Shown here: in pieces, positions 29,472 to 42,799 of the stretch
How the letters are laid out: each line of letters opens with the position of its first letter
Numbering within the stretch: position 1 is the first letter of the stretch
Assembly (NCBI GenBank): GCA_964016885.1
Contig: OZ024741.1
Span: 197,718,001-197,782,000, forward strand
Source of the DNA: Eledone cirrhosa
Lineage: Eukaryota
Direction: 5' to 3'
Length of the DNA stretch: 64,000 nucleotides
The notes under the pieces: generated by a model
Told to the model about the DNA's origin: nothing
Database searches by the model: none
What the model saw: the letters and a program-made list of their open reading frames with translations, nothing else
Program-made: the position numbers and the translations under genes

Positions 29472-30044
29472 ATTCGTTAAGAGCTTTATATTTATATATA
29501 TATATCCAATTATTGCTATTGCTGCTCCGAAGTTTAAATATGCCGTTTTTCAACCACTTCTACTGTCTTATTGATAAAGGTCGATGCCTGTTTTAATAAG
29601 AGTGATTGAATGATCTACGATGCATGAGGTATAGACTCTATAAAACTGTATAAAAGTTACACTGCTAAATTGAAATATTTCTATGTTTGAGCTTTAACAA
29701 AATCGACTTTTTCACGCTGAGTTTAAACCAAAATGAAATCTTCAATTCCCTTAGACTTAGTAGATCTCACATTATAGTTAACCGTTTTTAGATCTTTAAA
29801 TTATTGACAGTGTTCCTGTTTTTTGCGTATGTTTGAGAGGTTATGTGTACGGGTGTTTGTGAATATACGTACGAATACCATACTATGTGTGTTCAGGCAG
29901 CGAATTACTGAGTCGTAGGAACGTCGGATAGAATGCATTGCGGCATACGTTTCAACTCGCTCCATTCTGAGTTCAACTGTGATCGACTTTGCCTTTCATC
30001 ATTTCAAATCATTAAAAAAAATACCAATCTAGTACTATAGTCGA

Positions 30045-30239
30045 ATATATATATAGTAATATGTGTGTGTGTGTGTCTGTGAGTTTGAATCCCTAAAACT
30101 CGAGAAGTACCGAACCAATTTTTTTGAAACTTTACATGTGTTTTACTTATGTTTCAGGGAGTGTTATGGACATAAAATTCAACTTTTTTCTATCCCCTAG
30201 GTGAAAAACTGCGTTTTTTTCCAGCTTTTTGGGGTTTTT
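30045..30239 (+). mobile_element. Helitron/HINE-like 5' terminal fragment
   Basis: (GT)n followed by aaaactcgagaagtaccgaaccaatttttttgaaacttt, similar in layout to the Helitron 5' end at 45775-45859 (minus strand). Confidence 0.5.
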
Positions 30240-30761
30240 TGAGTATGTAAACTGCCTCTGATTTTGTGCGAATAACAGTACCTTGTTATATTCGCACAAA
30301 ATCAGAGGCGAGTTTACATACTCAGGCATATGTGAGGAACTTTCGATTCCAGGGTCAGATTCGATCGATTAATATTAGATCATTCCTTGAGCTGATCGAC
30401 AGTGAAACATATGTAATATATTATTAAATATGTTATGATGCAACACTAATTCTCTGTTCCTTTATTCTTTTACTATTATACTCTGCTCTGCGTGAGCATC
30501 GAGTGGTCACCCAGCATACCGCCTACGGACGCAATTATCTTGCACCTATACAACTATCATAACCAATTTCTTCCAGAAAAGAAGCGAGGAAATGTTATAT
30601 ATATATATGTACGTCAATACTCATCTTTTTCCATTTCTCCGAGGGTTCTTAACCCCACTATCAGGCTAAATAATTTCTTTAATTTCTTTAGTCAAAATAC
30701 GGCGATAGCTTACATTTCTAATAATTTCAAACCCACTCGCTGTTTCGAAAATATTCTTACT

Positions 30762-30796
<35 letters not shown>

Positions 30797-30805
<9 letters not shown>

Positions 30806-31600
30806 TACATGAATCAAATTCTGTTCAAACCATTTATTCGCTTACAATTGTTTCTTCCAAACCGCGGTTTGGAGTTCGGAGCAATTTTTCAATGATTGTT
30901 TACATACATGACCTCCTTTCCAACACAAGAGACATACAGAGACATATGTATATATTGATGCACAGTGAGTTGACATCCATTATAATATTTTAGCATGGCA
31001 ATTTACATTCAAAGATTAAAATCATATTAAAAGAAAACAAAATTAAAGTGCTTGTATATAACACCCTGCCGCACTATAATCTTATATAAATAAGACACAC
31101 GTGCATGCGCCACGTGTAACTATTGCATACACTAACTACTTCTAACTATCCTCTTGCATTATCTTCGTAAACTGGCAATGTTGTATCTTAATTTTAATTT
31201 TATTTTATTTTAATATGACTTTAATCTTTGAATGTAAATTGCTATGCTAAAATATTATAATGGATGTCAACCCACTGTGCATCAATATATACATATGTTT
31301 CTGTATGTCTCTTGTGTTGGAAAGGAGGTCATGTATGTAAACAATCATTGAAAAATTGCTCCGAAGACACCAAACCTCGGTTTGGAAGAAACAATTGTAA
31401 GCGAATAAATGGTTTGAACAGAACTTTGATTCATGTAATTTCTATGTAACTGCTCTGTAGAACAACTGATGTTATTACATTGAGCTATTTATCTTACTGG
31501 TAATAAGGTAGTAATAAATTATTGTCTTTCACTATTTAGGGTTTAAAATATATATAACTATAAAAGGTTTTAGTATATACATAACCATAAATAGTATCCT
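30797..31600 (+). mobile_element. Fold-back Penelope-type cassette with about 250-bp inverted arms
   Basis: 30797-31050 is the reverse complement of about 31190-31445. Hammerhead at 31358-31402 (gct CCGAAGA ca[ccaaac ctcg gtttgg]aa GAAAC aatt GTA agc gaataaa), with a damaged copy at 30840-30882. Confidence 0.8.
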
Positions 31601-32589
31601 TAATACTATATATATATATATATATATATACAGTATATATATATACAGTATATATATATATATTTATATATATATATATATATATAAAAATTTCCTTGCT
31701 TCTTTTCTGGAAGAAATTAGTTATGTTCAGATCTGGGGAAGGATGGGCTCTGTCAGCTTTGAAATTCCCAAGACACGTCGCAGGAGACGACGGTGCCCCT
31801 ACAATTTTATCCGGAGTTACTGATCCATACAAACATACAAATGTATCGGTGGGTAAGTGTGTGTGTGTGTTTACCAAAACAATTTTCTCTACATTTGACA
31901 AAAGGCCAGAAATTTGAAAGTTTGTGCAAAGTCGATAAAATCGACCCCACTCCATTTCAAGTACTTTATTTTATCGACCCTGTAAGGATGAAAGGCAAAG
32001 TTAACATCGGCGGGATTTGATCTGAGAACGTAAAGGGAAGTAACCAAATAAATACACCAAAGTAATCTGAGTGAAAATTGTAACTAACTCTATTAAATAT
32101 TTGACTGCGTTAAATTCCAAGCTATAAATGTCAACGTCTATACATTTAGCCAAGATGTGAAGAATCTAGATTTTTAAAATGGAGAATAAATATTCAAACA
32201 TGAACTTCGACTTCTAGTTTCTTTCACTACCACAAAAAGTCAATATTCATTTTTATATATTGAATTACTCCTGTCAGCAGAATTCTGATTTTTCTTCTAT
32301 TGATCTCAATGGTTTGTACTAGCAGCTATGCTACATACACTAGCAACTGGATGACACAGTCACTACAACTGTTCAAATTGTCTCATATTCACGTGATGCC
32401 ATTTTCCTGAAATGATTCATCGTAATTCGAGCGAGACTGAAAGTCATTTTAATACCGATATTTAAAAATGTTGGACATTGTATGTTCAGGAATACGTAAA
32501 GACAATTGTGATTAATAGAACTGTTCTTGAATAAATCATATAGCAGTTGCAATCACTGGACACTGTTCCCTATTAGTATAGATATTTAT

Positions 32590-32712
32590 TAATTGTTTCT
32601 ACTTTAGGCACAAGGCCAGCAATTACCCAGTGCATTACTGGTACTTTATTTTATCGACCCCGTAAGGATGAAAGGCAAAGTCAACCTCAGCGGGATTTGA
32701 ACTCAGATCGTA
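32590..32712 (-). mobile_element. 5'-truncated young SINE with 16-bp TSD
   Basis: gtatagatatttatta at 32576-32591 and 32710-32725. Confidence 0.9.
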
Positions 32713-35700
32713 TAGATATTTATTAGATTTAGTATAGATAATTATTAATATCTTATTATGAGTACCGTAGTGTGTTCGAACTGTCATTTAGGCCATATTT
32801 CTTATCACACTGTATAAATATTCGACTGTCAAGATATTGCATATTGGAGTTGTAAAATGCCTCAGTCATTACTGATTCAATGTCCTCCTGTAGTCATGGC
32901 TGATAATTCTGTGATAGAATATATAATTGTTTCTACTTTTGGCACAAGGCCAGCAATTACCCAGTACATTACTGGTACTTTATTTCATCGACTCCGTATG
33001 GATGAAAGGCAAAGTTAACCTCGGCGGGATTTGAACTCAGATTTTTACGATCTGAGTTAATTATCATTTAGTGTTTATAATCTTTTAAATATACGAAACA
33101 ATTTTACAATTGAAATAAAATTTGTGAATTCGTTAAATTATGTGTAAATGTCTAAGAGTACTTATTAACAGAATATAATTACCTAACTACCTACGTACCA
33201 TTAAACTGGGATCGATATAATCGGATTTCCCTTACCCCCTTTGTCTAAAGTAGAAATCGTTAATAATTACAGAAATAAGATATTTTTCAGTCTTTCATTT
33301 CAACATTATATCTACACTATGATAATATATCCATCTGTCGTCAGGTGTATTAGACGTTCTGAAGGTGCTGGATTCAATAGTGCGTCAGATGAACTGCATT
33401 GTTGTATTTCGTTACGAACTTTACATTTTAGTTTCAAATCCCGCCGAGGCCAACTTTGCCTTTCATCCTTCTGGCGCTGATAAAATAAAATGCCACTAAA
33501 GTACTGGAGTCGGTATGATCAGGTTTCCCACCACCCCCACTTTAACAAAACAAATATTGACTTTGTGCCTAAATTAGGAACCATTATTACTGAGTGTTCT
33601 AGCGCGGTGTATTGGCTGTGTCGGTAGAGCGTTGGACAACATGCTTTGAGGCATATAGTTAAGTCCCTTTACTTTCTGAATTCAAATCTCGCCAAGGCTA
33701 GCTTTGTCTTTTGACCTTACAGGGTCGATAAAATAAAATATCAGTATAGTACTGGTACTTTACTGGTACACTTATAAAATTAGACATCTGCCTGCTGCTG
33801 GTACCATGTAACCCAGTACAACCTGGTTCATGGTCAAGTGGTCGGCGTCTAAACCGGCTCTGGTGAGGAGGGTTAGTGGAACCCCAGAAGCACAAAAAAC
33901 AAGATCTGTTAAAAGGACAGATGAACCCCTCAAAGTCAACGGCCATCCATCCCAACTCTAGTTAAGTAGCCTCACTAACCCGCAATTGGCCAAATTTTCC
34001 GAGTACGGCTACACTCCTGACATGACCAAAAGCAAACAGAAAGCGGTGGAAGTCAACCATTGAAGGGTTCTTCCAACAGGAGTGAGAAGGGCCTAGATTT
34101 AATCGGAGTGAAAGTATTGGAATCGTCATAAGCGAGTTTCCATTTCCCCAAACGATTCTTGGTCTTGTGCCAAAAGTAGAAACAGTCATTATTGGGCGTT
34201 CATATCTAAGCCATTAATGTCTGTAACATATTAATTAAGAACGTTAATACTCTTAGTTTGGAAGTAAATGTCCATGTTTCTTTGTTTGAGTCCAGTCTGG
34301 TAATATAGACACATCTAGGAACTATAGGGGAGATATAAATATTAAATTCCTTTTTATTTCTAAAGAGTAGGTTAATTGTTCGAAAAATGTTACACAGGTT
34401 AAATATGATCAACCCAAATCTTATAAGCAGTAAGAGTAAATATATTTTAACATGAAATTTACAAATAAGGATAGTGGGTTAGCAGAATTGGCAGAGTATC
34501 GTATAAAATTTCATTGTGATATTTGTTCTGGTTCTTTGCATTCTAAATTGTGCTTTGTTTTTCATTTTTTCACGGTCAATAAAATAACATAACAATCAAG
34601 TACTTGGCTTCATTTCATTAACTCTGGCCTGCTCCGAATTGTTGCTGGCCTTGTGCCTATATAAGAAATCAATATGAAATTGAAATATTTTAGATAATCA
34701 TTTGAATTATTTTGAAACTCCAGTTTTATATATTACTTCTGGCTTTAGACATCTGCAACCAACGTATGAATCTTATATTTGTTGACAGAAACTTACGAGC
34801 TATAGGAAATTGTAGTTTTAAACGTATGTTACACTTTATACACTATATACACTATATGTTGGCCTTTGTTTTAAACGGTTAGTGTTTTGAAGATTATCAG
34901 CTCTTAGAAAGTTTCTGTTCTTCACACCACTTTGTTTTCTTCCTCAGTAAATACCATGAAAATGTTCTTGACTCCGTGATTGGATTTTTCATCCTAATTT
35001 AATAACTTATCTGATACTGAAATGAATGGTTACGAAATAATTTCATTTCTCTCCCGGAGACATCAATACAGTAACTGTCTTTTTGAATTGTATAATACTT
35101 ATGCTTATCTAAATCGTTCACAGAGATAAGTGACGGGACAATTTAGCGTATACCATAGGCGTAATAAAAAGAGACGATAATGTGTTACTCAAACTTTTGG
35201 TGTGTAAAGTAATTTCAGATTTTACTTTGTGTATTCGTGTAGAGTGAAACATAGAGCTCTTAAATTTATGTTAGCTAAAAAGATATGAAACTACATAATC
35301 ATGATTTAAATTAAATCAATTTATTGATTGGCGATTGTTTCGTTAAAATAACAGGAATAGACTTACGTAAATATAATTATTTCAGTCATATTGCACCTTA
35401 AATAGCTCAAATACTGTATATAGGCTAAAAACCTTAATTGTAGAGTTCTATTTTTTTTTTTTAATTGTATTTAGGTACGAAAATTTACCATATATAAAGA
35501 GTAAGTATTTCAAGCAAAAATTACATTTTAAAATAAAAAATATAATTTCACCTACAAATTCGTGCTTATACCGCGGGTTCGTTCCGGAAAAGTAATAGAT
35601 ATTAATTGAGATAATTAATTAATAAATTAAGACACCATAAACTCATTAGTAAGCAATGTCTTAAAACATACCTTATGGCTTTTACAGGAAACTTGTGTTG

Positions 35701-35879
35701 TTACATCTCTAGACAGGAAGACGAAGCTCAGCAAAAAGATTTAATTATTATAGATGAAATCCCATGGGCTTTTAGCTTTAAAACCTGTCTGATTTAAACA
35801 CACACACACACATATATATATATTATAGATAACGAGGAATCAGTGATGCATCAAAACGTTATTGCAACCTTTCAACAAC

Positions 35880-35977
<98 letters not shown>

Positions 35978-36102
35978 GGAGGTGAGTTTTATTGTAGTAC
36001 AATAAAGCAATGCAGATATCGGATAAGAAGCACTCTACAGTTTGTAGGACTGGAGTATATATAATATATAAGAACAAAAGATGGTTAAAAGAGTTCCATG
36101 TA

Positions 36103-36169
36103 TTTTATTATGCGCATTTCAAAAACAAATATCATCATGCAGTAATATTTGTGTTTTCATCAGATAAAA
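36103..36169 (-). ncRNA. Type I hammerhead ribozyme (AUA site, GCGC loop III)
   Basis: Minus strand: ttttat CTGATGA [aaacacaaatat...atatttgttttt] GAAAT gcgc ATA ataaaa. Confidence 0.82.
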
Positions 36170-36735
36170 CAGGAAGACATGATATGAAGATTAAAAAACA
36201 CTTGTGGATAGTGCAGTTTTAAATCAACATATGTTTCGCATTTATTGATGCTTATCAAAGCCAACTACTCCTCCTGTTTGCTGGTCGATTCACGCCGGGT
36301 CTGGGATGCATGGTTAGTTTGCAGATGTTTTTTGCAGCGCCTGCCCGCCGGGGTGTTAAGGTTTGGTGCAGGGTGACCCGGTTTACGGTTTTCACGCCTC
36401 ATTCTTATTCTATCTGGAGTAAGAGATTTTTAACCGGTGCGTGCAGCTTATCACTATTTCTGCTCTGCTGTTGATGACATCATGGGGTGCCGTTATGATA
36501 TGGTAAAGCTCAACGGCACCCTGACCCTGCGTGAATCGACAATGGTAAAGCAGTAACCACAAAATACTAACGGGTAACAAATAGCCTGGGGAACACTGCT
36601 TTAACACCGGCTAGAGTTATCTCCCTTGATCTACTGCAAAATCAATACATGTTTTCTACGGAGAATGAACTGTGATGTGAACTTATCTTTAAGACCCCTT
36701 CTGGGCCATGTAAGGAACACTTTTTAATTAGTTAT

Positions 36736-36775
36736 GCCCTTGAGAAGCCCTTTCGGGCGAAACGTGCGTAGGTGC
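36736..36775 (+). ncRNA. Hammerhead ribozyme, U3-A8 core variant
   Basis: gccc TTGAGAA [gccc tttc gggc] GAAAC gtgc GTA ggtgc, followed by aataaa. Confidence 0.75.
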
Positions 36776-37060
36776 TGTTTTAAATAAACATGTTTTAACT
36801 GTTTGTTCTCCTTTATATATTTCTCCATGTGTAACCGCTCTGCTTATATTCTCGCCCACTAGATATTTACACTTCTAATATTTAACACTGCAGGCACAAG
36901 TATTGAGCACGTTTTGCATATGCTATTGGCAAATAACCACATGTATCGCCTATCTCTTCTTATCTCTCTCGATACTTAAATACTCTCTCTCTCTCTATAT
37001 ATATATATATACATATACATATATACATATATATACATATACATATATGTATATATATAC

Positions 37061-37130
<70 letters not shown>

Positions 37131-37133
<3 letters not shown>

Positions 37134-37915
37134 AGATATTCGTCTCGGCGGGAGTACCCCCCATCGCCCGCCACTTTGATTCTCCTGGATATTTCGCCCA
37201 CCATCTCACCGTCTGTGGCCTGATCCAATGCCCTGGGACCTCCTCCACCCGCCTTACGTCGAGCAACACACCATCTTTACCCTACAGACCCACACACTCC
37301 CTGCCTGAATTCCCCACCCCTTTTCTTTTAGCCTTCGAACGTCCCTCCCCTACACACACCCGCTACTAACACCACTAAAACACTCCCAGTTTCACCGTGC
37401 CCTCCACTTCCAACCACCCCCACCCCTTGGCCCACCTCAATACTAATAATACTAACACCCCACCTTTACCCCTATCACACGCGCACCCACACCCTCAACA
37501 CGCACACACCCACCAGTACATATATACACTCACTCACACTATTCACACACCCTACTACCACCACTAACTCCCACCCACACATCCACATCCGACCACCCCA
37601 CCACTAATAATACTAAACATCCCACAACGCACCTTCCCCCTCACCACACATGCACTCACCCACACCCACGTACACACCGATACACTACCCACTCCACACC
37701 CACACTACCCCCACAAACACCCACTCACACACCAGTACATTACACTCCCTCATATCTTTCCACCACTCCCCTTCACACCCTCGGAACTCTTTACCTGCCC
37801 AGTTTTCTTCTGGTGAAGGGCTTATGCCAGAAACGTCATCCCCCACCCCCACTCTCAAGCATCAACCTAATATTAACACTGTACTGCCTCTTTGCTTTGT
37901 TTTCTGTTTTAACTA
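37131..37915 (+). mobile_element. Neptune-like Penelope 3' fragment (GIY-YIG C-terminus, C/A-rich UTR, degenerate hammerhead)
   Basis: [21 protein letters not shown]...CLNSPPLFF is homologous to the end of 57820-58338. ctggtga agggc ttat gcca gaaac gtc at about 37810-37837. Confidence 0.75.
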
Positions 37916-37940
37916 TAATATATATATACATATACATATA

Positions 37941-38003
<63 letters not shown>

Positions 38004-38035
38004 AGATCAAAAGATGGTTAAAGGAGTTCCAAGTA

Positions 38036-38102
38036 TTTTATTATGCGCATTTCAAAAACAGATATCATCATGAGATGATATCTGCGTTTTCATCAGATAA
38101 AA
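38036..38102 (-). ncRNA. Type I hammerhead ribozyme (family of 36103-36169)
   Basis: Minus strand: ttttat CTGATGA [aaacgcagatatcatc tcat gatgatatctgttttt] GAAAT gcgc ATA ataaaa. Confidence 0.85.
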
Positions 38103-38453
38103 TAGGGATACATGAGGTTAAAAAACACTTGTGAATAGTGAAGTTTTAAATCAACATATGAAAAATAATTTAAGATTGATGTGTGATATTGGGAAAAAGT
38201 GAGGTTGAAAAAGTTGGTTGGAAAGGCTGAGAAAGAGGAGGAGATGAGAGTAGAGAATGGTGGGGGAGGAGTATAAGAAGGAAGGATGAGAGAGGAGGAG
38301 AGATGGGTGATAGAAAGAGAGAGATAGCTTTTACAACTGAGAAAAATATATATTGTCTCACAGAGAGAAGTTAAAAAGCCAGTCCTACAAACTGTAGAGT
38401 GCTACTTATCCGATATTTGCATTGCTTTATTGTACTACAATAAAACTCACCTC

Positions 38454-38560
<107 letters not shown>

Positions 38561-38634
38561 AATGGGGGTAAAATAAGAAAAAAGGGAGAAAACAAACGTG
38601 CGTATTCAGTCACGTGCGTATTTATAATAAACCT

Positions 38635-38726
<92 letters not shown>

Positions 38727-39545
38727 TTTAATTTATTGATTTATTGATATTTTATTTGAGTTAACCCGAATCTTCCTGGTCGTTCTTTCGGCTGTTGGGT
38801 GATTTTAGACATGATCTCTATGTGTTAGCATTTTAACGCTAGTTATAGCTCTGATTTACCCAAATTATTGAGCCCTCTGCTACGCATATCGTATTTGTTT
38901 ATCGTAAATTCGTAAGCTGACTTTCCGATTCTCGATTATTCTACTATATATATATATATATAAGGTTTGTTATAAATACGCACGTGTGTTTTGTATTGCT
39001 TTGGCGTTATCGCTGTTATTATCGATAGGGTGATACCGTCACTACGACTGCTACGGCCTGTGTACACGACACTGGTCTGTGTTTTTGCTGTTATTGTCGC
39101 TGGTGTTGTTGTTGTAAGTGTTTTCTGTAGCTGTTGCTTTCGTTGTTGTTGTCAGTGGGATAGTAATATCACTACGACCATTGCGGCCAGTGTGGACGAT
39201 ATTGGTCGACGGTTTGCTGTTATTGTCGTTATTGTCGTTGCTGTTGTTGTTATTGTTGTTATTGTAGTAGTTGTCTATAGATGGTTGTCAACAATATATA
39301 TACCCCCCACCCCACCCCTCCTTCCCTCAGGCTCCATTTATTGCTTCCACTGTCTACTGGGTTTTGGCTACACACAGTCTTTCGTTTTTTTTTCGTTTTT
39401 TTTTCGTTTTTTTTTTTCATTGATAGCTTTTTCTAGCAAACACGATGGCTGGCAAAGCCTTCAAGGAACTCATAAGTATGCCGGGCACACAGTCAATACT
39501 TACGTGTGTTTTTTCCTGCCAGTGACATATCAAACATATCGGTTT

Positions 39546-39633
39546 TCATCTGAGGATACCGTTCTCATAATCAACAGAAAATGCATGAAGGACATCTCGA
39601 TTGCATGGAGAACCGTGGAAATAATTATAATGA
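39546..39633 (+). ncRNA. Hammerhead ribozyme with 61-nt stem II domain
   Basis: tcat CTGAGGA [taccgttctc...gagaaccgtg] GAAAT aatt ATA atga. The cassette 39445-39765 is homologous to 51625-51928. Confidence 0.75.
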
Positions 39634-39761
39634 TTAAACGATATATGTAACCTCATCATCTTATTTTGTTATTTTTATATAATTCTCCACCGTAACTAAA
39701 ACAACGATTGTTGAGAGCTTTCTCCTGCTTACTCCTGTTTTTACCAAAACAATCTTTTCCG

Positions 39762-39801
<40 letters not shown>

Positions 39802-39920
39802 TATATATATATATAAGATTTATTATAAATACGCACGTGTGTTTTATCCCTTTTTTCTTATTTCCTCCCGTTGCTTCCTCTTTTTCACTCTTTATCTTTC
39901 TTCTATTTTATTTTAAACTC

Positions 39921-39960
39921 TATCTTCTGATGAAGGACCAGTGTCCGAAACGTTAAGGTA
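39921..39960 (+). ncRNA. Ultra-minimal hammerhead (no loop III)
   Basis: tatctt CTGATGA a[ggac cagt gtcc] GAAAC GTT aaggta. 6-bp stem I. Confidence 0.8.
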
Positions 39961-40039
39961 CTTTCTCTACTAATTCAAGCGTTAAACTAATATATTTCTT
40001 CTATGTACTGAGTCGTTTGCTTTGTTATTTATGTTTACT

Positions 40040-40141
<102 letters not shown>

Positions 40142-40201
40142 ATACATGTATAAATGTGTGTATGTGTGTAAACCGATAAGTTAAAGAAATAATTAAGTTA
40201 G

Positions 40202-40338
40202 TTTCTCTGGAAGAAATCGCCTATGTTCAGGGCTGGAAAAGGAATAGGCTCTACTAGGTTTTACAAAAAAGACCGTGACACGCTGTGTGTTGCTATGGCG
40301 TCCCTACGATTCCATCAGGAGTTACGGGTCCGTACATG
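40202..40338 (+). repeat. Unclassified ~135-bp dispersed repeat (also about 24188-24318, 31703-31830, 46070-46175 and 26290-26412 minus)
   Basis: Shared ttctctggaagaaat...tatgttcag...gggctct...ccctacgattc...ggagttac. Confidence 0.7.
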
Positions 40339-40704
40339 GATCGAGAAGCGAAATCTGATGTTTCCTAACTGATCTTTTGTCAGTTAAAAAAACAAACAGG
40401 AATTTACATATTTAAATTTAAAAGTTCGTCTTCTCTCTCAAACGATGGGTCATCTCAGATTTCAATCCTTTTTCCGCCATATAAATTGTCCAAACTCTTG
40501 GACAGATTTGTCCAAACTCTACAAAAGTCTCCCACTATACCTAATACCTAAAACCAAAACTCAAGCAAGTCATTTCCAATTCATTAAAGAAGCTTAAAAA
40601 CAGTAACAACATTCCAAAAGGGAGAAATAAACCTTTTGACCTATGACAAAGTCGTATGTGTATAAGTTTAGCGGAAATTATCCTTTTCCCAACTAATACA
40701 AATA

Positions 40705-41352
40705 ATTGTTTCTACTTTAGGCACAAGGCCAGCAATTACCCAGTGCATTACTGGTACTTTATTTTATCGACCCCGTAAGGATGAAAGGCAAAGTCAACCT
40801 CGGCGGGATTTGAACTCAGATCATAAAGGGACGTAACTATGCTGGAAAGCATGGCATCCGACCCTCTACCGATACTGTCAATCCACCGCCCTTGTAATAC
40901 AAATAATAGTTTCTAATTTAGGCACAACTCAGCAATTTGTGGAGATGGGAAAGTCGATTATATCGACTCCAGTATTTGACTGGTACGTTATTTTATCCTG
41001 CTCGGAAAAGTGAAAGCGAAATTTGACCTTGGCGAGAATTGAACTGAGAACGTAAATGACCATAACTAGATGCGACAAGACATTTTTTCCGAGACTCAAT
41101 CAATTGTTCTGATTCCCCACCCTGAAGTAATACAAATAATTCCTTCTACTTTTGACACACGGCCAGTAATTTGAACGGAAGAGTAAAATCGATTATATCG
41201 ATCCAGTGCGTTACAGGTACTTTATTTGATCGATCCCATTAGGATGAAAGACAAAGCTAACCTCGGCGGGGTTTGAATTTGGAACGTAAAGAGCCATAGC
41301 TATGTGCCATAAAGCATGTTGTCCGATGATCTACCAATTCACCGCACTAAAG
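40705..41352 (-). mobile_element. Head-to-tail array of three SINEs (one young, two old)
   Basis: Copies at about 40705-40893, 40908-41125 and 41141-41350, separated by taatacaaataat. Confidence 0.88.
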
Positions 41353-42096
41353 TAATACAAATAATACTAAATGATATGAGTTTAACGTATCATTGAAAAC
41401 TATAGAAGCACACGTAAAGAATACAGTACTCATGATTCAAACATGGCACCAGTTCAGCGAGATATTTTTACAACGCCAATAAACGAGTTTTCTGTCTTAG
41501 ATAAAGACTAAATCCAAATGATGAATCTTTGACTGCTTGGCCAAAATTATACCCACAGATACAGTTTGCAATGTAATCGCCGCCGTTGAATAGTTGTATT
41601 GTCACACTAAAATATATAACTCTGTTAGCAGTATATATATATCTATTTCTTTTTAAATACCTTTTAATAAACACATTTCGTTTGTGAAAATGATTGCGTG
41701 ATTAAACGGATTTATATATTCACTGCCTTAATATATTTTAAACACGCATACATTACACTATGCCTTTCAATTATCGAAGTAAATACTTTTCCTGTTATAT
41801 ATTACCATAGTGTATTTTATGAAAATCGGTAACACGGAGCGGGAGACAGTTCAACTCTTTTGAGACATTCTTGTTTATTATCACACACACACCATTGCAA
41901 TGAATATAGCCACAAAGGTTAGCTTCATGTGCCACATATTGAATATCTATGTTCCTAGTTCATTATATATGAACAGCATTTTAGCCTCTTTGATCATAAT
42001 GTTTCTGTTTGGTGAACATAATATATCAATCAGGGTTCTAAATCATACATCTTTGATCTTTACTAACTATTTTAAGCAATTTTGCAACTGATGTCA

Positions 42097-42128
<32 letters not shown>

Positions 42129-42520
42129 ATTATTTCCATTATCATTATTATTATTATTCCCTTCTGATCTGTTCAGATGTGCTTTCAAATCATTCTTCAA
42201 AGCAAGGATCTTACTACGCACAACTCTATGGAAGTTTTAATATGCTTGGTATATACAGAGAAACTTTGACAAATTTGGAAATCTGTGCTCACATAGAGTT
42301 AAATAGAAATAGGTAAATTATATTTCTGGGAGATACATATACAGAATGGTTACGAGGAATAGCAATCACGATCCCCCGAAAAAATCAAAATGAAGACAAG
42401 CATTTACAAACAAACAAACACCTGAACAAGAATCTTGCAGGAGAACGCACACATTTACTCGTTTTATAAAACGAGTAAATCAGACAAAGCTGGAATTCCT
42501 TTTATTAATATATATATATA

Positions 42521-42721
42521 GCGAAGGAAAAGTGGTAAGGAACCAGGTGGACCATAACGCACCAAAGTACTCAATACTTAGGGTAGTAGAGTGGGTAATA
42601 GGAGTAAGTAAGACCCCGACGGCTGAGCTCAAGCCGTTTCGACGGCTAATTCTGTACTAGAATTCTGTACAGAATTAGCCGTCGAAACGGCTTGAGCTCA
42701 GCCGTCGGGGTCTTACTTACT

Positions 42722-42726
<5 letters not shown>
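42521..42726 (-). mobile_element. Penelope-type tail cassette with perfect 60-bp palindrome
   Basis: 42598-42657 is the exact reverse complement of 42667-42726. Each arm has the hammerhead 3' half GAAAC ggc ttgagctca gcc GTC. (TA)n flanks. Confidence 0.85.
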
Positions 42727-42772
<46 letters not shown>

Positions 42773-42799
42773 TATATATACAGTGCATCTTCATATTTT

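Noticed and set aside
38991-39650. 219-aa hydrophobic ORF resembling a membrane protein
   Set aside because: Built from degenerate (GTT)n, T-runs and a hammerhead cassette. Non-ATG start and no domain.
40694-41365. Regularly spaced 13-bp repeats as a CRISPR-like array
   Set aside because: The spacers are about 200-bp SINE copies, the context is eukaryotic, and there are no cas genes.
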